From an uncultured Thiomicrospira sp. (GTDB lineage Bacteria > Pseudomonadota > Gammaproteobacteria > CAKMZV01), in NCBI GenBank assembly GCA_965195345.1, contig OZ239628.1, positions 288,001-352,000 on the forward strand: a DNA stretch of 64,000 bases, given 5' to 3'. The notes below the pieces were generated by a model. That model saw nothing but the letters and a program-made list of their open reading frames with translations. It did not search any database and was not told the DNA's origin. Within the stretch, counting starts at the first letter, position 1. Each line of letters starts with the position of its first letter. A program made the position numbers and the translations under genes. Shown piece after piece: positions 57,736 through 64,000 of the stretch.

Positions 57736-60246
57736 ATGTTAAAACATTTCAGTGCCATAAATTGGAGTGAGCAATGCCAGTTGCATTCTGTTAATAAAAG
57801 CACGATAAGATGGGTTACTTCTTTAATCTTTTTCACAGCGTTTGTTGCTTATGCATTGACCATGCCTCATACCGTTGGGTTCGAGGATTCAGGACTCTTC
57901 ACATTGGTTTGTTACTATGCAGGGGTGGGGCATCCTCCAGGTTATCCATTATATTCAATGCTGTGCCCTCCGTTTGCGCACTTGCCAGGGTTATCCCCAG
58001 CACACGGTGTAAACATCTTTAGTGCCCTGTGCGCCGCAGGTGCCGCAAGCACCATCGGTTGGATTATTTTGCGTCTTTGTAACAACGCCATCGCGGCAAT
58101 TACTGGAGGTTTACTCTTTGCTTTTTCTAATCATTATTGGTCACAAGCAATAACGCAAGAGGTTTATGCACTCAATGCATTGGTGTTTTTTCTGAGTCTT
58201 GCTTTGATTATGGAATTTGCCAACAGGCAAAGTCGTAAAACACTTTTTGTTCTAAGTATTTTTATTGGTCTGGGTTTGAGCAATCATTGGCCATTATTTG
58301 TATTAGCTTCTGTCGCGTTCCCCATAGTTTGGTTACCTCAAATAGTTCCAATTGTTCGATGGTTGTGGTGGCGGAATATATTCATTGGATTGATGGGGTT
58401 GATGCTGGGGCTAACCCCTTATTTGTATATGTGGTTGCGCTCTTTGAGTAATCCCTTCATTAGTTTTTATGGTCCTATAGAGACGTGGGAACGCTTCCTA
58501 TTTATCATTGCTCGAAAAGGCTATTCGGGAGTCGATAATCAAGGGGGGAATTTAATTGATAAGCAAGATTTTTCACATTGGTTGTTAAGTTCTATTCCCG
58601 ATCAAATATCATGGATCGGTATTGCACTATTAGTGCCTGGGGTATTATTTTTACTGTTAAAAAAACGCCCTTTCTTTGCAATTGCAATTATTTTATCTAT
58701 TCTAAGCAGTTCGTTGCTTTTGATTTTCTTGTTGAATTTTAAATACGAACTAGTGTGGAGAGAAGCATTTAGGGTTTACCCGCTTATTTCATGGGGAGAG
58801 TTAGCGTTGATTGCAGGTTTGGGTCTTTTGTATATCCAAGATTTTTTAGGTAAGGTGCTTTCTAAAAAAGTAGCCCGTGCAGCAATGGTGGCGATTGCTT
58901 TTGTTGCTGTTCTATGGCATGGAGGGCAGAATGGCTACGCTAATTGGCAACCATCAATCACGTATGCGGATAGGTACGCTACAACCATTCTTGAGATGCT
59001 TGATGAAAATGCTATCCTCATCACCTTCGATGACACGCATCTGCCGATAATATATAAGCGTTTTGCTGAAAAAAAACGACCTGATGTTCAAGTATATAAT
59101 TCACAGTCGCTTATTCTGGGTAATCGATTGACAGATTCAGTTGAAAAGAGCGCTTCTAAAGCGAAAGCGTACACAGAATTTGTGAAAAAAAGCAATCGTC
59201 CAGTCTACTACTTTTATGAAGATATTGGCTTTAGTGGGTATGAGAATTATGGTGCTATTAAAAAAATGCGTCGAGACCTACCCAAAGGAACGGTGGTTTG
59301 GAAGTTGTCGGAGCCATTGAGAAAATTGGTAGAGACGATAGATGTATTTAATGCGCCTAATACGTGGTCACGTAATATGCAAGAACGTTTGGCGAGCAAT
59401 CTGAGCAAAGTTTATTACGAGCTACCTGAGAACGACTTTGAAAAGCAAGGATTAAGAAAGTCACTTGAGTTGACACCATTTGGTAAGATAGCTCAAGCGT
59501 ATGCTTGGTCTGAAAAGCGTTCTCCGATAGAGGAGTATAAGAGACATGTGGAGAATGTTGAGTCGAGTCACACATTTTTCGAAAATCAAGACAGTATGGA
59601 TAAAAGCAATTACTATAACTATCTTGGGAGAGTAGAGTCCATATTAGCGAATCGTGTTAACAATAAGAAGATAGAGAATATTTTTTTAAAGGGCGTAAAA
59701 GAGTACGAGGCAAATGATAGTCCGTCACTGCTTCCTTTGTTGGAGATATACGCTCAAACAGATAGATTAACTGAACTTCGTTATTGGCGAAAAAAATACC
59801 CAAATGCAGACCGTAAAAGTCAAATTATTAGAAACTTTGATCAGTATGGAGTCGCGGGCACAAATGGCTATATAGATAACCTATCCAATCAAAAAATTCA
59901 AAATGCTATAGTGTTGTTGTCAGAGGGTAAGAAAGACGAAGCACGCCCCATCATTAGAGAACTGCAGACACTTCGCCCTACAAGTATTCATGTCATACTT
60001 GTCACAGGAGGCTTGGCCATGTTAGATAGGAATTACAAGCTTGCTTTGCTAAATTTCGAAAGTATTTTGAGTGTCGATCCGAATCACTTCGATGCGTTAT
60101 TGAATAGTGCGCAAATATATTTGAAAAATAAAAATTTCGCTCGTGCAGAGGAACTAACAGAGCGTATTAAAGTTATTGATCCAACAAATCCAAATATTCA
60201 AAAGCTTGAATATGCGATTCAAACTCAGAAAAACGCTCCCAAGTGA
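57736..60246 (+). CDS. DUF2723/TMEM260-like GT-C glycosyltransferase (putative protein O-mannosyltransferase) with C-terminal TPRs
   Basis: EDSG.F......GVGHPPGYPLY, WSQA...EVYALN, GLGLSNH; about 11-13 TM segments, a periplasmic domain, and TPR-like helices (ILSVDPNHFDALLN). Confidence 0.82.
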   Translation: MLKHFSAINWSEQCQLHSVNKSTIRWVTSLIFFTAFVAYALTMPHTVGFEDSGLFTLVCYYAGVGHPPGYPLYSMLCPPFAHLPGLSPAHGVNIFSALCAAGAASTIGWIILRLCNNAIAAITGGLLFAFSNHYWSQAITQEVYALNALVFFLSLALIMEFANRQSRKTLFVLSIFIGLGLSNHWPLFVLASVAFPIVWLPQIVPIVRWLWWRNIFIGLMGLMLGLTPYLYMWLRSLSNPFISFYGPIETWERFLFIIARKGYSGVDNQGGNLIDKQDFSHWLLSSIPDQISWIGIALLVPGVLFLLLKKRPFFAIAIILSILSSSLLLIFLLNFKYELVWREAFRVYPLISWGELALIAGLGLLYIQDFLGKVLSKKVARAAMVAIAFVAVLWHGGQNGYANWQPSITYADRYATTILEMLDENAILITFDDTHLPIIYKRFAEKKRPDVQVYNSQSLILGNRLTDSVEKSASKAKAYTEFVKKSNRPVYYFYEDIGFSGYENYGAIKKMRRDLPKGTVVWKLSEPLRKLVETIDVFNAPNTWSRNMQERLASNLSKVYYELPENDFEKQGLRKSLELTPFGKIAQAYAWSEKRSPIEEYKRHVENVESSHTFFENQDSMDKSNYYNYLGRVESILANRVNNKKIENIFLKGVKEYEANDSPSLLPLLEIYAQTDRLTELRYWRKKYPNADRKSQIIRNFDQYGVAGTNGYIDNLSNQKIQNAIVLLSEGKKDEARPIIRELQTLRPTSIHVILVTGGLAMLDRNYKLALLNFESILSVDPNHFDALLNSAQIYLKNKNFARAEELTERIKVIDPTNPNIQKLEYAIQTQKNAPK

Positions 60247-60287
60247 TAGAGGATCTTATGGACTCTATCACTCGGGTAACCTACAGA

Positions 60288-61733
60288 CTATTTGAGAGAA
60301 TTGCGCACTCCACTCCCGTAATCAGGATGAACGCTGTCGAATAGTAGACATTGTCTTTCTGCTATTTCAGCAGGAACACCTTGCATAGAAGCGGCAATAT
60401 TATTGAATAGGCGTTGCTTTTGCGCATCGTCAAACATATTGAATAACGCTCGAGGTTGAGCAAAGTCATCATTGCCTTCTCGATGGTCATAGCGGGCGGC
60501 ATCTCCAGAAATTTTCAAAGGTGGCTCAGCGTGGGTTTTATCTTCGGTTGGTCCACCCATGCTATTTGGCTCGTAGTAAGCATCTGAATTGCCTGTATTA
60601 TTTTGGAAAAAGCGCATTGATCCGTCTTTGTGATAATGGTGCATAGGGCATCTGGGAGCATTTACAGGTAACGCTTCGTAGTGTGTTCCTAAACGATAGC
60701 GATGAGCGTCTGCATAGGAGAAAATACGCGCTTGTAACATTTTGTCTGGTGAAAAACCAATTCCACGCACAACATTTGATGGTGAAAAAGCCGCCAATTC
60801 TATGTCAGTAAAGTAATTTTCAGCATTACGATTTAACTCAAAATGCCCAACGTCTATTAATGGGAATTGAGAGTGTGGCCAGACTTTAGTTAAATCAAAA
60901 GGATTAAATGATGCTTTCTCAGCATCCATTTCTGGCATCACTTGAATGTACATTTTCCAGCGAGGATATTTCTTTGACTCAATGCCTCCAAATAAAGACT
61001 CTTGATATGTCTCACGACTTTTACCAATTATCGATTCTGATTCGTCATTTGTGTAATGCTTATGACCTTGTTCGGTTTTGAAATGAAATTTCACCCAAAA
61101 ACGCTCCCCTTTAGCATTCCATAAGGAGAATGTATGCGAACCGTAACCATTCATATTCATTGGGGTTTGTGGCAACCCTCTATCGGACATTAGAATAGTT
61201 ACTTGATGTAAACTTTCAGGAGAAAGCGACCAAAAATCCCAAGCAGCAGTTGCAGAGCGCATGTTTGTTTTAGGATGACGTTTTTGAGTATGAATGAAAT
61301 CTGGGAATTTCAATGGATCGCGAACAAAAAATACGGGGGTATTGTTACCCACTAAATCCCAATTCCCTTCATCGGTATAAAATTTCAGTGCAAATCCGCG
61401 AACATCTCTTTCAGCATCTGCTGCGCCTACTTCACCTGCAACTGTTGAAAATCGAGCAAGCATGGTTGTTTGTTTGCCTACTTCGGAGAAGACACTGGCA
61501 CAGCTGTATTGGCTAATGTCATGGGTAACTGTCAATGTTCCAAATGCGCCCCATCCCTTAGCATGAACAACTCGCTCAGGAATCCGCTCACGGTTTTGAT
61601 GAGCGAGCTTTTCAATAAGCTGATAATCTTGAAGCAGTACCGGACCGCGCGCGCCAGCGGTTAAGGAGTTTTGATTGTCGCTGATAGGAGCGCCTGCTGA
61701 AGTGGTCATTTTTTTGCTCATAGGGAACCTCAT
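60288..61733 (-). CDS. katA: Monofunctional small-subunit heme catalase
   Basis: [50 protein letters not shown]. Start may be Met5 (61721). Confidence 0.95.
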   Translation of the reverse strand: MRFPMSKKMTTSAGAPISDNQNSLTAGARGPVLLQDYQLIEKLAHQNRERIPERVVHAKGWGAFGTLTVTHDISQYSCASVFSEVGKQTTMLARFSTVAGEVGAADAERDVRGFALKFYTDEGNWDLVGNNTPVFFVRDPLKFPDFIHTQKRHPKTNMRSATAAWDFWSLSPESLHQVTILMSDRGLPQTPMNMNGYGSHTFSLWNAKGERFWVKFHFKTEQGHKHYTNDESESIIGKSRETYQESLFGGIESKKYPRWKMYIQVMPEMDAEKASFNPFDLTKVWPHSQFPLIDVGHFELNRNAENYFTDIELAAFSPSNVVRGIGFSPDKMLQARIFSYADAHRYRLGTHYEALPVNAPRCPMHHYHKDGSMRFFQNNTGNSDAYYEPNSMGGPTEDKTHAEPPLKISGDAARYDHREGNDDFAQPRALFNMFDDAQKQRLFNNIAASMQGVPAEIAERQCLLFDSVHPDYGSGVRNSLK

Positions 61734-61757
61734 TAAAGTGATTGGAGTTTTTCAGAT

Positions 61758-61786
61758 ATTATAAACGTGAATGATAATCATTTCAT
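61758..61786 (-). promoter_or_regulatory. katA promoter overlapped by a Fur box
   Basis: Minus-strand TATAAT at 61763-61758 and ATGAAA at 17-bp spacing. gtgAATGATAATCATTtca at 61767-61785 matches 14/19 of GATAATGATAATCATTATC with a perfect 13-bp core. Confidence 0.7.
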
Positions 61787-61791
61787 GCCAG

Positions 61792-64000
61792 TTAAGCAGT
61801 TTCAGGCGAAGATTTTAATTCAGAAAAAACTTCGAAAAGAAATTGTTTCCGTTCTTCAACCGTATTTGTTTCAACATTGATTTGCAACGTTTGGGGGGTG
61901 CGCATGCGCCATTGTTTAGGATTGTTTTGTAAGCGATGAATTAACTTTTGGTGGTTGATCTTTGCATGTTCGGTAAAGAGCAGTCTTATTTGACTACTAT
62001 CGACGTCGATTTTTTCAACACCAATAACTTGTGCTTGTAATTTCACTTGAGTTATCTCAAGAAGCTGTTGACAACTTTCAGGAAGTGACCCGAAGCGATC
62101 AAGTAATTCATTTCTAATGTCTTCAAGGTGCAGATTTTCGCTAGCGTGATTGATGCGTTGATAAAATTGCAACCGCGTTGGCACATCGTAAATGTATTCA
62201 GAGGGAATAAGCGCGCTTGTGCCAAGCTGAATCTCACAAGGTTTGGCTTGCGGAGGTGTGTCTTTTTGTAAATCTTTATCGGACATTTGTGTAATGGTGC
62301 GTTCAAGCATTTCCATGTACAGGTTAAAGCCGATTTGTTGCAAATGTCCTTTTTGTTGATCACCAAGCAGCTCACCAGAACCTCTGATTTCCAAATCTTG
62401 AATGGCGATTTGAAAGCCTGCCCCCAAATCAGTTGCTTCACTAATGGCTTCCAGTCTTCTACGGGCATCGCCTTTCAAAGTGGTGGTTGAAGGAACAAAT
62501 AAATAGGCATACGCTTGGTGGAATGAGCGACCAACACGTCCCCGTAATTGGTGTAATTGCGCTAAACCAAACTTATCAGCACGATTGATTATTATGGTAT
62601 TAGCATTAGGAATGTCTATGCCTGTTTCTATGATGGTCGTGCACAGTAGAACATGCTGGGATTGGTGATAAAAAGCATTCATCACTGCTTCAATTTGTCG
62701 TTCAGGCATTTGGCCATGCGCGATACCCACGCTTATATCAGGTAAAAGCTGTAGGATCTGACGTCTCATTTTTTCAATGGTCGCAATGTCGTTATGGATG
62801 AAGAACACTTGCCCTCCACGATAGATTTCTCTGCTAATGGCTTCTTTAATTGTGGCATTGTCCCAATCACGAACGAATGTATTAATTGACACTCGATTGG
62901 GTGGAGGGCTAGCAATGATAGAAATATCTCTTAAATTTGAAAATGCCATATTGAGCGTGCGTGGAATCGGAGTAGCAGTCATAGCAAGAACGTTTACTTC
63001 TGCTCTCAACTGCTTAAATCGATCCTTTTGCTTGACTCCAAAACGATGTTCCTCATCAATGATTATTAAGCCAAGATTATTAAACCGCACATCGTCTTGA
63101 ATTAAGCGATGGGTGCCGATAAGAATGTCTATTTGTCCCTTCTCTAATGCTAATAAAGTTTGTTTGTTTTCTAAATTGCTTTGCATGCGCGAAACAATAC
63201 CGATGCGAACGGGCCAGTTGGTAAACCGATCCTTAAAGGTTTGTAAATGCTGGTTTGCGAGCAAAGTAGTAGGGACTAAAACACCGACTTGGTATCGCGC
63301 AAAGGCACTTACAAATGCGGCTCTAATTGCTACTTCAGTTTTTCCAAATCCAACGTCTCCACACACCAATCGATCCATTGGTTTTGCGTTTGCCAAGTCG
63401 GAGAGTACTTCCCCAATGACTTTTGTCTGATCAAGCGTTTCAGCAAAAGGGAATTCAGATGCAAAGCTCGCGTATTCGTCGGATATATCAATGGATTTTC
63501 CTTCTCTTGTAGCACGTTTTGCATAGACTTCAAGTAACTGTGCGGCAACATCCTCAATTTTTTTCTGCGCTTTTTGTTTCTCTTTACTCCATTTTGCTGT
63601 ACCCAATTTATGTAGAGGAGCAAGATCGGCATCCCCAATATAAGGGCTGATAATATCGATATCATGTATAGGGACGAAAAGTTTGTCGCTATCAGCGTAA
63701 AGCACACAAATAAAGTCTTGCTCGCAATCTCCGGTGTTTATTGTTTGCAATCCGTTGTATCTCCCCACACCTTGTTCCAAATGTACTACTGGTGATCCAA
63801 TGGTCAATTGGCTTATATTGTGTAGTGCGGTTTGAAAGTCGATTTGAGCAGATTTTTTTGTGACATCGATATGAACTTGTGGAATCGCTTCGCTTCCAAA
63901 TATTTCAAATTGAGAAAATATTACCCGCTTGTTTGCAGTATCGAAAAAACCTCTATGGATAGGCAAGACTGTTAAGGCTACGCCATTCTCAGCTAAAGAC
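61792..64000 (-). CDS. mfd: Transcription-repair coupling factor (5'-partial)
   Basis: CarD/RID region (PVVHLEQGVGRY), DRLVCGDVGFGKTEVA, IIDEEHRFGV, QLRGRVGR, DLEIRG.GELLG. Frame is open to the window edge. Confidence 0.97.
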   Translation of the reverse strand, partial: SLAENGVALTVLPIHRGFFDTANKRVIFSQFEIFGSEAIPQVHIDVTKKSAQIDFQTALHNISQLTIGSPVVHLEQGVGRYNGLQTINTGDCEQDFICVLYADSDKLFVPIHDIDIISPYIGDADLAPLHKLGTAKWSKEKQKAQKKIEDVAAQLLEVYAKRATREGKSIDISDEYASFASEFPFAETLDQTKVIGEVLSDLANAKPMDRLVCGDVGFGKTEVAIRAAFVSAFARYQVGVLVPTTLLANQHLQTFKDRFTNWPVRIGIVSRMQSNLENKQTLLALEKGQIDILIGTHRLIQDDVRFNNLGLIIIDEEHRFGVKQKDRFKQLRAEVNVLAMTATPIPRTLNMAFSNLRDISIIASPPPNRVSINTFVRDWDNATIKEAISREIYRGGQVFFIHNDIATIEKMRRQILQLLPDISVGIAHGQMPERQIEAVMNAFYHQSQHVLLCTTIIETGIDIPNANTIIINRADKFGLAQLHQLRGRVGRSFHQAYAYLFVPSTTTLKGDARRRLEAISEATDLGAGFQIAIQDLEIRGSGELLGDQQKGHLQQIGFNLYMEMLERTITQMSDKDLQKDTPPQAKPCEIQLGTSALIPSEYIYDVPTRLQFYQRINHASENLHLEDIRNELLDRFGSLPESCQQLLEITQVKLQAQVIGVEKIDVDSSQIRLLFTEHAKINHQKLIHRLQNNPKQWRMRTPQTLQINVETNTVEERKQFLFEVFSELKSSPETA

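Noticed and set aside
62052-63707. Alternative-frame ORFs inside mfd, and similar short ORFs inside the ABC, comM and catalase genes
   Set aside because: They fully overlap well-supported conserved genes and show no recognisable motifs.

Overview
Chromosomal window from what looks like a gammaproteobacterium (inferred from epmA, comM, trmL, mfd and the tRNA-Tyr-Gly-Thr cluster). Bases 1-40629 are the 3' part of a single giant surface-protein gene. Its frame is open from base 1 (>13,540 codons), so the true start lies upstream. Domain order: cadherin-like domains with an inserted C-type-lectin-like module; 12 x 285-bp cadherin-like repeats; six near-identical plus two diverged ~1.86-kb five-domain super-repeats; roughly 45-50 diverged Calx-beta domains; DxDGDG calcium-binding repeats; and a C-terminal poly-Gly-Cys/TM/basic sorting signal. 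The young super-repeats differ almost only at codon positions 1-2 and are patchwork mosaics of one another, and the protein is almost lysine-free. Downstream are tRNA-Tyr, -Gly and -Thr, a 1.7-kb decayed islet bounded by a duplicated tRNA-Thr 3' end, epmA, a TorF-like porin, uppP, comM, a PDZ/GDDxY-repeat lipoprotein, trmL, a polyamine-type and a basic-amino-acid-type ABC transporter, a DUF2723/TMEM260-like glycosyltransferase with TPRs, a catalase with a Fur-box promoter, and the 3' part of mfd. All family calls are from motif recognition and all counts are by hand; no searches were run.
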